Below, piece by piece: positions 14,480 to 33,266 of a stretch of DNA of 64,000 nt; position 1 is the stretch's first letter; each line of letters opens with the position of its first letter. The notes under the pieces were generated by a model, which saw nothing but the letters and a program-made list of their open reading frames with translations, ran no database searches and was not told the origin of the DNA. The stretch comes from the human T2T-CHM13v2.0 reference genome, Homo sapiens. Where the stretch lies: assembly GCF_009914755.1 (NCBI RefSeq), contig NC_060940.1. One strand, 5' to 3'. The translations under genes and the position numbers were made by a program.

Positions 14480-15160
14480 CCGGAAAACCGGAGGATGGAT
14501 ACCAGGCCGAGGGGTCCCTCCGTGCCCCAAGAGAAAGTTCACCAAGTTTAGATCCCAGTGCCCCGCAGCGGGTGAAGGTGGTCCCGCCCCAGGCCGGATC
14601 TGGCCACAGGGCTGGCGGCGCGCTGGAAAACCGCCCACGTGGGAAGAAGCCCTGGCTGCATTTCCGCCCTGGACTGCGCTCCCGCCTGCCAGCGCGGTCC
14701 CTGCGCAGCCGCCCCGCGCCCACTAGGTGGCGCCTGCGCTCTAGTGGGCGCTTCACAGGCGCAGCGACAGCGACAGCGACAGCTCGAACCTGAGTCCCAG
14801 GATTCCGGGGACTGGAGGGCAGCGCCGGCAGCCAAGGTAGGATTCCTGAGCCCCGGGCGTCTCCCTGGAGCCTCTGAGGTCGGGGTGGACAGCGGGGCGG
14901 CCGCTGGGCACCGCTTGCGGTCTGCAGAGATAACCGGAGGAGTCGGGGCGGCAGCACGTGTTGTAGCCGTGGGGGGGACCCAGAGACCCGCAGCCTCGGA
15001 GCTGGGCCTAGAGCAAGGCAGAGCACCAGGTCGCTGGCACGCTCGCATCCTCCCCAGCCCTCGCCTCCCAGAGCATGCCCGAATCCCCAAGCCGGGCGTC
15101 CTCGAAGCGGAAAGCAGCCACTGTCGCCCAGAGCCACTCCAGGGTGGCAGCCGAGTGCTG
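14480..15160. promoter_or_regulatory. CHD9: CpG island promoter (inferred CHD9 main promoter)
   Basis: Only strongly CpG-dense segment in the window. GC box 14583-14590, E-boxes CACGTG at 14636 and 14955, NRF1-like GCGCCTGCGC 14730-14739, CTCF-like CCACTAGGTGGCGC 14720-14733. Identity inferred from adjacency to CHD9NB. Confidence 0.8.
14750..14836 (+). other. CHD9: Putative non-coding exon 1 of CHD9
   Basis: Donor GCCAAG|GTAGGA after 14836 inside the CpG island; no ATG; contains (GCGACA)3. Start approximate. Confidence 0.6.
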
Positions 15161-15171
15161 ATAAGGTCCAG

Positions 15172-15366
15172 AGCACCACTTCTTAAACTTGTCTGCCCGT
15201 TGGCGTTGCTTGGGAAGCATTAAAAAAATACCGATGCCCTAGTTCCACCCCCGCCCCCCCCCAGAGACTCAGATGTGATTGGTCTGGGTGGGGGACTGGA
15301 CATCTGGGTATTAAAATGTTTGCAAGAGATTCCAGCTGGCAGCCAAATTTGAGGACCCTTGATCTA
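15172..15366. mobile_element. MER5-like hAT-Charlie MITE
   Basis: AAAAATACCGATGCCC...CCAGAGACTCAGATGTGATTGGTCTGGG. Confidence 0.65.
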
Positions 15367-15814
15367 AGGAGTTGGAGAAAAACGGAGGACATTTGTTTGT
15401 TCTAACCCAGAATGCTGATGATTCCCTCCTCCTCCTATTCCTCCAGTTCGTCCTCCTCCTCCTTTCTCATGTGCCTTTTAAGCAGGAAATGCCTCTGCCT
15501 TTGTACTGTCAAACCCAAGATAACAAACTAACCATCCCCCACCCCCCACAGTAGGGCTGGTTCTGAAAGGGTTGAACTCGAAAGTGGACAAGGAACAGAA
15601 AGACACCAGTGTGGAATGTGAGCGAAGACTCTTAGGGGTTTATGGGTAGGAAGGGGGTTCCTCCCCACCCTGATCCCAGAGAAGATCAGGAGACTGGCTG
15701 GAGCTGTCTTCCTCATTTTGGCAAACCTAGCTGATTAGGCAGTGAGAGGCCTTATAACGAGCCTTTTTTACAACTAGTAAAAGGGCCCTTTTACAACTAG
15801 TAAAAATGAGCCCT

Positions 15815-15950
15815 TATGTTTGTTTGTTTTATAGAGATAGGGCCTCACTATATTCCCCAGGATGGTCTCAAACTCCTAGGCTCAAGCCATTCTCCAGCCT
15901 CGGCCTCCCAAAGTGCTGGGATTATAGGCATGAGCCGCTGCGCCCCGCTG
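15815..15950 (-). mobile_element. FLAM monomer
   Basis: Antisense single arm; TSD CCCTTATGTTT. Confidence 0.8.
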
Positions 15951-16599
15951 ACCCCTTATGTTTATATAACAGCAGTGTTACTAACATGGGCATAGATTCC
16001 CCCCCATAGGCAGCCCTTCCTTTGTGACCTTGGAAACTCACTGAACCATCCTCAGCTTCAGTTTTTGTATCTGCAAAATGGGTGTGAAAATCGGGTTGCC
16101 TTGGGAATTATTCACAATAAAAGCTACTGTTTACTAAGGGTTCACCCTATGCTAGAGGCTTTCTGTGCAGGGCCAAGTTAGACTCCTGACCATAACTTCC
16201 ACGGTAGAACTATGAATACTGCATTTGATAGCCAAGGAAACTGAGGCTCAGAGAGGCCAATGATCTTGCTCGAAGTTATATAATTAATTAATAAGAAGCA
16301 TGTCCCATATTTGAACCCAGGCAGTCTGCTCTTGAGCTCAGGTGCAAAAGAACAATACTCTGCTGTTTCCCTTGTTGACCAGGACAGCGTGCACGGGGCA
16401 GGCGCGTGGTGTGTCTTCACAAACACTAGCTATCACTGCTGTGAGCTGAGCACTTCCACTGAATTGACTCATTCGCTCATTGGAAATACATTTATTATTG
16501 AGAGCCTACTGTGGGCCAGGCAGTTTTCCAGATGCTAGAGATAAAATATGAGTAAGACAGAATTCAGCCAGCCCCGAATGAGAGAAACAGGAAGAAAGT

Positions 16600-18230
<1,631 letters not shown>

Positions 18231-18579
18231 GCCAGGCAGAAGGTGGGGTTAGAAAAAGATGTTTCTGGCAGAAAGGTCAGCATGTACAGAGATAGCCAAG
18301 AGCTTGGCAAGGCCAGGGGACTCAAGGAGAGCCAGTGGGCAGGGAGTGTGGTGGTGAAAGGGAGAGAGGCTGGGGCCAGGCGGCTCAGTGTCTTGTGGGC
18401 AGCTCTCATTTCATCCGATTAGCACGGTAATCCTGGCAGGTTGGACAGGATCATTTCCGCCTTTGAGAGATGATGAAATTGACGTTCCATGCTGTTAAAT
18501 GACTTGCCCAAAGTTGCACTGCTGGTAAGCAGCAACACCCCCCACCCTCCAACTTAATCTAATGTTGACCAGACATTTG

Positions 18580-19230
18580 GGTTTTTTGTTTTGTTTTGTT
18601 TTGTTGGTTTTTGGTTTCTTTTGTTGTTGTTTTTAAGACACAGGGTCTTGCTCTGTCACCCATGCCTCCTGTAGTGGTATGATCATAGCTACTGCAGCCT
18701 CAACCTCCTGAGCTCGAGGGATCCTCCCACCCAGCCAAGTAGCTGGGGCTACAGGTGCACACCATCATGCCCAGCTAATTTTTTAAGTAGGGTCTTACTG
18801 TGTTGCCTAGGCTGGTCTCCAACTCCTAGACTCAAGTGTTTCTCCTGCCTTGGCCTCTCAAAGCACTGAGATTACAAGCATGATCTACCTTACCTGGCCA
18901 ACATTTGGGTATTGATCAGAAATCTCAGGACGTGGGCTGGAGGTTTGGTTTGTTCTGGGGAGAAATCAGTAACTAAGTGGTGGTGAAAGTGATCAAGCGT
19001 CGATGAAACCACGTGGGATAGTGGCAGGGTGTGGAGAAGAAAATTTCTCATGTCCTTTAAAAAAGAAAAATATTTCTGGTGGCTGGGCACAGTGGCATAT
19101 GCCTGTAATCCCAGCACTTTGGGAAGCAGAAGTGGGAGGAATGCTTGAGGCCAAGAGTTCAAGACTAGCCTGGGCAACATAGTGAGACCCCCACCTCTAT
19201 CTTTAACAACAAGAAAAATGGAAAAAAAAT
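18580..19230. mobile_element. AluJ (-, ~18580-18898) and FLAM (+, ~19081-19230)
   Basis: Alu motifs. Confidence 0.85.
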
Positions 19231-19459
19231 TTAGTCAAAAAATATTACTGGTATAAAGACATGAATTCCTCTGTGAAAGAGTCTTAGGTACTTGCAGAGG
19301 GTGGGAGTAATGACCATGGTCATAAAGATGTGGCAAAAGGAAATGTGAGGTTCTGATTCAAACTGCCCCCAAATACTAGGTCTGGGCATCGGCCTCCCCA
19401 CTCATGGGGCAGCCAGGCCTCAATCTGCCTCTTGTCTCTGCAGGATAATGACCGTGAAC

Positions 19460-20050
<591 letters not shown>

Positions 20051-20089
20051 CCCGAATAATGAGACCTGAGGATCAGAAGGATACTAGGT

Positions 20090-21020
20090 AGGTTGGGTGC
20101 AGTGGCTCATGCCTGTAGCCCCAGCACTTTGTGAAGCTGAGGCAGGAGGATTGCTTGAGGCCAGGAGTTCAAGGTCAGCCTGGGCAACATAGTGAGACCT
20201 CATTTCTATTTTAAAAATTTTAAAAATTAGCTGGGGCCTGGATTGGTGGCTCACACCTGTAATTCCAGAACTTTGGGGGGCTGAGGTGGGAGGATTACTT
20301 GAGTCTAGAAGTTCCAGACCAGCCTGGGCAACATAGCAAGACCCCATATCTACAAAAAAATGAAAAATTAGCCAGGTGTGGTGGTGCACCTGTAGTCCCA
20401 GCTACTCAGGAGGCTGAGGTAAGCGAATCAATTGAGCTGAGGAGTTTGAGGTTGCAATGAGCCATGATCATGCCACTGCGCTCCAGCCTGGGCAACTGAG
20501 GGGGACCCTGTCTCAAAAAACAAACGAAAATTAGCTGGGCATGGTGGCATGCACCTGCAGCCCCAGCTACTTGGGAAGCTGACGGGGGAGGATCACTTCA
20601 GACCAGGAGTTTGAGACTATAGTGAGCCATGATTGCACCACCGCACTCCAGCCTAGGTGACAGGGCAAGATGTTGTCTCTTTTTTTTTTTTTTTTTTTTT
20701 TGAGACGGAGTTTCACTCTTTTGCCCAGGCTGAAGTGAAATGGCATGATCTCAGCTCACTGCAACCTCCGCCCCCCCGGGTTCAAGCGATTCTCCTGCCT
20801 CAGTTTCCCAAGTAGCTGGAATTATAGGTGCCCACTGCCATGCCTGGCTAATTTTTGTGTATTTAGTGGAGATGGGGTTTCGCCATGTTGGCCAGGCTGG
20901 TCTCGAACTCCTGACCTCAGGTGATTCACCCGCCTTGGCCTCCCAAAGTGCTAGGATTACAGGCATGAGCCACCTCGCCTGGCCAAGATGCTGTCTCTTT
21001 AAAACAAAAAAACAAACAAA
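20090..21020. mobile_element. Nested Alu cluster: sense Alu within a sense Alu, plus an antisense AluS (20680-20983) at the 3' end
   Basis: TSD CAAGATG(T/C)TGTCTCTTT around the antisense copy. Confidence 0.9.
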
Positions 21021-21182
21021 AAAGACAGACACACAAAAGGAATACTAAGTGTTCATCTGATTTGAGTCTTTACCTGACCTGTGAATCTCCATTGAACATT
21101 GTCAGCCATTTCTTGAGTCCTCAGTAAGATGGAACTTCACATCTCACTGGGCAACTCATTCCACTGACAGAAGTTTAAAGCT

Positions 21183-21610
21183 GTGTCATAGTTGTAGTTT
21201 CCCCCAAAGCAGATCACGAGAAAAGGATTCAGGTGCCAGAAATGTATTTCGGAAATGATCCCAGGAAGCCCAGTGAGAGTGAAATTAACCGAGAAAGGGA
21301 GAAAAGCCAATAAAAAAGGTGTTGATGAGTGAGTTACCACTGGGCAATTGGGTCTCCATCCCTCAGGGACCCTTAGCGAGACTATAGAAAATATTTCAGA
21401 AGTGTCCCACGAAAAGGCAGGGAGACTGGGGTATATCCTCGACTCTCATACCTCATTATTGAGGGTTGTCTTGCTAACTGTCTGCTGTGCACACCCTGAA
21501 GCCAGAAAATAACTTAAAGCAGAAGTGAAAGGTAGCCCAGGGCATCTGGAAATGTCTGCAGGTAACCTCGGGTGAGCTGAGGAGTATGGGTGGGGCACCC
21601 ATAGTGTCTC
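21183..21610 (-). mobile_element. LTR16-like ERVL solo LTR
   Basis: AAGCAGATC...GATCCCAGGAAGC...GTTACCACTGGGCAATTGGG. Confidence 0.55.
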
Positions 21611-22217
21611 CAACAAAGTGTTTCTGACTTTGCTTTCTAAGATGTGCAACTCATACCACAAGGGGTCTTGTGAGATGGCTTTGGTGTGGCACAGAGAGAG
21701 ACATGGTACCCAAGAGCACAAAGTCTCAGAATGGGAAAGGGATTTTTCCCTTTTGAGCTGTCTCTTTGATCCTGCTCTGCCCGCCTCTCACCCCTGGGGC
21801 TGCCCTCTCTCCCCAGAGCAGGTGCTCCACCCACGCTGGCCTTTCACTTCCTCCAACTTGTGGGACTGGGACTCTTGCTTCTGACTGCAGCCAACAGAAG
21901 TCTGGGCAAAGTACTAGAATGCTACTGTAACACTTGATTGTCTCCTCTTTCATTGGAAAGACAGCAGTCCTCCAGTTCAGGGCATTTAAGAGGCAACAGT
22001 AAGTGTGACCATTTAATAACATTGTTAAAACTGTAACAATCTAATAACATTGTTTGCTGTTATGTTTATCTTTACAGTTTCCACCTGTACATGGCTTTTC
22101 ATGTATGGTAGTAATATAACGTTTCCCTTAAAATAAATGTATATAAATCGTGTGTCCATTTAAAGAAAAATATTAAATAAGAGTATCAATGGTATGAGGA
22201 TAGAATAAAATATAATA

Positions 22218-22800
<583 letters not shown>

Positions 22801-23112
22801 AAGAATTTTATTAGAAAAATATATATGTATAAAATACCCACCACTTACTGGGTACTTACTAAGTGCTGGATGCTCTTCTAAGCACTTTCCATGCGTCATT
22901 CAAATCATTCAATTAATCCTCACCAATATGGGTTAAGTACTATTTGAGGTAGGGACTCTTGCCCCATGTTACTACTGAGCAAACAGGCATAGAGAAGTTA
23001 AATAACGTGCCCAAAGTTATATAGCTAGGAAGTGATGAGCTGGAAAATAAACCCAGGTGGTCCTGCTCCAGATTTGTGCTCTAAATTGCAGAATTATGCT
23101 GCTTCTCATAAA

Positions 23113-23115
<3 letters not shown>

Positions 23116-23155
<40 letters not shown>
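23116..23155. repeat. (CA)n microsatellite
   Basis: About 20 perfect CA units. Confidence 0.95.
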
Positions 23156-23160
<5 letters not shown>

Positions 23161-23259
23161 TGAAGGTGATATTTGAATAACTGAAGTTAGGGGAAAACTG
23201 CCCTAAAAGGTTCCCCATTTTTTCTGTCTCCCTGTATCTACTGCCCTTTGGTTGCCATA

Positions 23260-24032
<773 letters not shown>

Positions 24033-24438
24033 TAGTTTCTGTTGCATGTTCTTGGCCTCTTCCCCTCCAGCACAGGGCCTCTTCTTTATTCTTGTTTCTT
24101 CAGCAGAACCTATAAAGTTATTTTGTTGTCGTAGCACTTTTTTTTGCAGGTTTCCCACAGCTCATTCCAGGGGCTCAGGGTAGGGAGGGTGTGATTGGGG
24201 TGACTGACATGGCAAAGGGCAGCTTGAGAGTGACATCAAAAAGGGGGGCCAGCTGTCAATCAGGGAAAAGCCCCCTAGGGCCAGCAGTACAGTGGGCTGG
24301 AGGCTGGTGAACCTGGTTCTCTGCAGGCCAGAGATGAAGGTTCTTTAGTGCACTTGGAGCTAACCAGGCTGAAAGGGGCGGACTAACCAAATTCACCAGA
24401 GCCTGGTGAGGAAGCCAGGCTGCAAATGTATTAAATCA

Positions 24439-24778
<340 letters not shown>

Positions 24779-25105
24779 TCACAAGGGGAGAAGCAACTGC
24801 AAAGCAGTCTGAAACCTCCATGCTGACTTGTCAGCACACTCTTTCTCCTGTGGGAAAGTCAGAATCTAGTTAGAAGGTTGGTTTTTGTGGAATCAAAGCA
24901 AGGTGAGCAAAATGAGTGATTTTAATCACCAGGAAAACCTAAGATATTTGTACCCTCTGAGGGATACAAGAGTCTAGAGTGGCAGCACTGCTAGTATAAT
25001 TGCCCCTTCCTGTGCTTGTGGTAGAAATGTCTGATCAATCACTGCATCTTTTCCTTCCTACTGCTCCCTGGGCCAGCCCTAAGATTCTTAGCAAGAGAGT
25101 ATTCT

Positions 25106-25386
25106 GGCCCTGTGCGGTGGCTCATGCCTGTAATCCCAGCACTTTGGGAGACAAAGGCAGAAGGATTGCTTGAGCCCAGGAGTTCAAAATCAGCCAGGGC
25201 AATATAGTGACACCCCATCTCTACAAAAAAATTTAAAAATGAGCTGGATGTGTGGGCGAGCGCCTGTAGTCTCAGTTACTTGGGAGGCTGGGTGGGAGGA
25301 TTGCTTGAGCCTGGGAGATTGAAGCTGCAGTGAGCTCTGATCACACCACTGCACTCCAGCCTGGGAAACAAAGCCAGATTCTGTCT

Positions 25387-25417
<31 letters not shown>

Positions 25418-25420
25418 GGA
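25106..25420 (+). mobile_element. AluJ
   Basis: TSD AAGAGAGTATTC; long poly-A. Confidence 0.9.
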
Positions 25421-26599
25421 AGAGAGTATTCCTGGAAGCTCTGGCCAGACCTCTGAGCTGCCTGTAATACTCAAGGAGGTTTTCAGAGTTTCCACTACTC
25501 TGGACAATGTGGAAGACAATGACTCTCAAAGACTTGCTCTTTGGTACTGCCTTTTTGGAGCTCCTCACGCATCACCATTTCTCTCTACCTATGATTCCTT
25601 CAGCTTTTGTTAATGCAATTGGCTCGCTTTTTGTTTTGTTGAGTCTTGATTTAATTTCCAGGCTTTGCTCTTCCAGCTTTGTCCAGAGACACATCCTGTC
25701 CTGTCCTTAAGGACTTCTGCAAATCAGTAATCACAGATGTTGCGTGCAGTTCACTGATATCTACTCTCCTCGTATTTTGGGGTGGCTTACTGCATACCCA
25801 CGAGTAAGAACTTCTTGCAATCAACAGGCAATTTGCTGGGGTGCTGGGGTTTGTTCCATTATCAAACAAACTGGGATTCCTACCCCAGTTCCATCACTTA
25901 CTGGTTGTGTGTGACCTTGGATGAGTTGCTTAACCTCCTGAGCCTAGTTTTCTCTGCTGAAATATAGAATCGGCAGCATCACGATTTTAAACTCTTACTA
26001 CTGTTATCACTCAGTTATGACTGGGGCCTGGGGTACAAAGGAAAGCAGCAAGTCAGCAGAGGAAATTTAGGCACTAAACCCAAGTCATCGAGTTTGCTGC
26101 TTTTTAACATTGGTTATGCTTAACTAAAGAGTTAGGAGTCAGTATTTTGAAGCAAGCAGACCTTTTACCAGCCTTAAAAAATGTACATTATGTACATGGC
26201 CTCTCTTTCTACCCATATAGAGAAATGGACTTACCTAAAAGAAAAATAAACACATACGGAGAATCAGTGGCACCTGGAGCTGAGAGAGACCTTGAGCTCC
26301 TGGAGGAGAGGTGGCTCCTGCCCGGTCTCACAGGGGAAACCCAGCTCTTGCCCTAGGAAGGCTGCTAGTCTAATGAGAGAGGCACCATATTTAACCTCAG
26401 GGAGTCTGGGAGGAGAGCCATACAGTCTTCTTGGTGTGAGCTATAGCTTCTTCTCTGCAGGCATTGCTGTGTCCGCTCCTTCTCTTTGGTCAATCAGCAG
26501 TCAGGGACAGAGAGGCTGTCATCATTCACAAGTCCATTACACCTGTGTCAATGCATGTTAGCGGGCCAGTTTCTGAGGATGTGACTCAGGAATTTGTTT

Positions 26600-27600
<1,001 letters not shown>

Positions 27601-27624
27601 CTAGAGCCCAGGAGTTTGGGACTA

Positions 27625-27858
<234 letters not shown>

Positions 27859-28679
27859 CTACCCCACTTCCATCACTTACTGGCTGTGTTTGACCTTGGA
27901 TATGTTGCTTAACCTCCTGAGCCTCAGTTTTCTCAGCTGAAATATAGAGCTAATATCACTACCTGCTGCTTAAGGTTATTAAATAACAGGCACATAGTAG
28001 TCCTCTATGAATAGAAGTTGTTATTGTTGTTAGTCTGCCATTCAAGTTCCTTCTGGATCTGACTCCAGATCCAAACACCACTTTTCAAGGTTGCAAGACA
28101 ACAGGCTTGTGTGGCAGATATTCCTGCACCGAGTTGCATTCTCACTGGTCACATTCTCTTCCCCGCCGATCCAGCATTCTCTCCCACCTCTGCCTCTCAG
28201 TCACACAGTACTTCAGCTAAACACAGGGCCCGCTAAAGTGCCCTCTACCAAGCCACACATCTGCATATCCTCATTCTCTCAAACCCACCTTAAGCACCAC
28301 TTCCTCTGTGACACCACCCAAGAGAGCCAGGCAAGAAGTCCTCTCTCCTCCTGGGAACTGCCACAGCACCCACTCCACTGTATTCCCTCATATTCTGCAG
28401 CCCTCATCACTTTTAACCCATTGTCAAAGCAAGGTGCACTGTCCTCTCCCTGAACAATTCTCGTCTTTGTTCATCTTTCTCTCCCACCTGCACACACTGG
28501 GCTCAGTGCAAGCTTGCGGTCTTGTTTATACCTGCGGTAAGTTTTGACAAGACAAAGGAAGTAGGGGAAATGCCATATCCTGAATGCTAACTGGGCCTAA
28601 CTGGGCAGCCTCTGTGGGCCGAACTTTGCAGAGGTTGAGAGGCTGACCGTAGGTCACTTCCACTATTTTATATATATCC

Positions 28680-30985
<2,306 letters not shown>

Positions 30986-32422
30986 TACTCACATTCATTT
31001 TTGAGGCTCTTGATATATTTAAAAATGAAGAAATGCAAAACAGGATACTAATATGGTAGTCATTTTGAACTGTTTGGTCCCTTCAGTGTGTCTCAGAGAT
31101 GGTGTTATATAGACAATGACAGTGTTATATAGAGTCAAAAGCCTAGGTTTAAGTCATTTCAAAAATGTGAGCCCCTACCCATTCACCCCACTGTGATTGT
31201 AAGAAAGGGTTTGCGAGTTCCTCTTCCTGGGGTAGGAATGGGAATAGTAAAATATTCCCTCAGGTGAGCCCTCCTGGGGGCCAGCAAAGACTTGTCATCA
31301 CTATAGGCATAATCAATACATCTTCCCAGAAAGTGATTCTGAGAACATTCAGGTGCCTTTAAAGCCTCAGGCTAGAAGACCCCAGAGCCCCAGCATCATG
31401 GAGACTGAAGCAGAAACAGTCACTCAGAGCTGCAGAAGAAAGAGAGCCATCAGCTCGCCCACCCCTCGGTCCTGCTCACCCTGCGGGGATTTTGTTGTCT
31501 GTCTTTCTGGCCCACCTCGGTTTCAGTTTGAAGAACTGTGCTGAGGACAAAGGTGAGGGAACACAGTGTGATGGCCAGCCCTACTCAGGCATTTCCCCAT
31601 ACCCCAGAAAGCATTTCAACGGCAGGCCTTTCCTCTTCTGTCACTCAACGGTTTGGGGGCTTTCTTACCCTCAGGACAGCTGGTGAAACTGTGTTCTTTT
31701 TCAGGCATTGAGTTTATTGTGCATCTTGTTTTTCTGGCCTCTGGGGATACATGTGCAACACAGACACACATGCATGCACACCCACCTCTGTATCCAAATG
31801 TCTGCAGAATTCATAGGCGCCAGTGTCTAGAGACAGACTCTGTCTCCTTTTCTTTCTTCTTTCTACCTCCTACTCTCCCTGCTGAAGTCTGTTGTTGTCT
31901 TATCCCCAGCCGGAAGCCCCCCTCTGTCACAGGGCCAACTTCCCGGCCACTTGTTCCCCTCCAGCTGCTGCTCCTGCAGGCCCAGCCAACTCCTATTTCC
32001 ATAGCAACCAAAACTCATTTTTCCATTTCTGCCTTTCTACTTTGGAAGGAAACCCATAAGTCTTTTTTTTTTTTTTATAATTGGGATCCCTGCAATATTT
32101 TTTTCCAATTTAAAAAATACATGTAAAATTTATCACCATAACTTTTTTTTTTTTTTTTTGAGGCAGGGTCTTGCTCTGTTGCTCAGGCTAGAGTACAGTG
32201 GTGTAATCATATAGCTCACTGTAGCCTCTAACTCCTGGGCTCAAGCGACCCCCAACCCCACCTCACCCCACCCCACCATGCCTGGCTAACTTTTTAATTT
32301 TCTGTAGAGACAGGGTCTCAATATGTTGCCTGGTCTCGAACTCCTGGGTTCAAGCAATCCTCTTGCCTCAGCTTCCCAAAATGCTGGGATTATAGGTATG
32401 AGCCACTATGCCCAGCCTATAA

Positions 32423-32640
<218 letters not shown>

Positions 32641-33266
32641 TAGCCAGGCTGGTATTGAACTCCTTACCTCAGGTGATCCACCCGCCTCGGTCTCCCAAAG
32701 TGCTGAGATTATAGGCTTCAGCCACCACGCCCGGCCATCCCTATAACCATTTTCATATCTATGGTTCTGTGATATTAAATATATTCATAGTGATGTGTAA
32801 CCATCACCACTATCCATCTCTAGAATTCCTTTCATCTTGTAAAACTAAAACTCTGTACCCGTTAAACACTAACTTTCTATTTTCGCCTCCCCGTAGCCCT
32901 GGCAACAGCCAATCTGCTGTGTGTCTCTATGAATTTGACTACTCTGAGTGCCTCATACCAGTGGAATCAGATAGTATTTGTTTTTGGTGACTGGCTAATT
33001 TTACTTAGCGTGATGACCTCAAGGTTCATCCGTGTCGTAGCCTATGTCAGCATTTCCTTCCTTTTAAGGCTGAATACTATTCCACTGTATATGTTTATGT
33101 ACCACAGTCTTATCCATTTGTCTGTTGATGTTCACTTGGATTGCTTCTACCTCTTGACTGTTGTGAATGATGCTGCTATGAATGTGAATGTACAAATATC
33201 TCTTTGAGACTCTGTTTTCAATATTTTTGAATATATATCCAGAAGTGGAACTGCTAGATCATATGG

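Noticed and set aside
14306-15223. Several overlapping 110-234 aa ORFs on both strands
   Set aside because: High GC in the CpG island suppresses stop codons; no recognisable domain.
15763-15806. Short duplication of TTTTACAACTAGTAAAA
   Set aside because: Two copies only, likely replication slippage; not an array and no functional cue.
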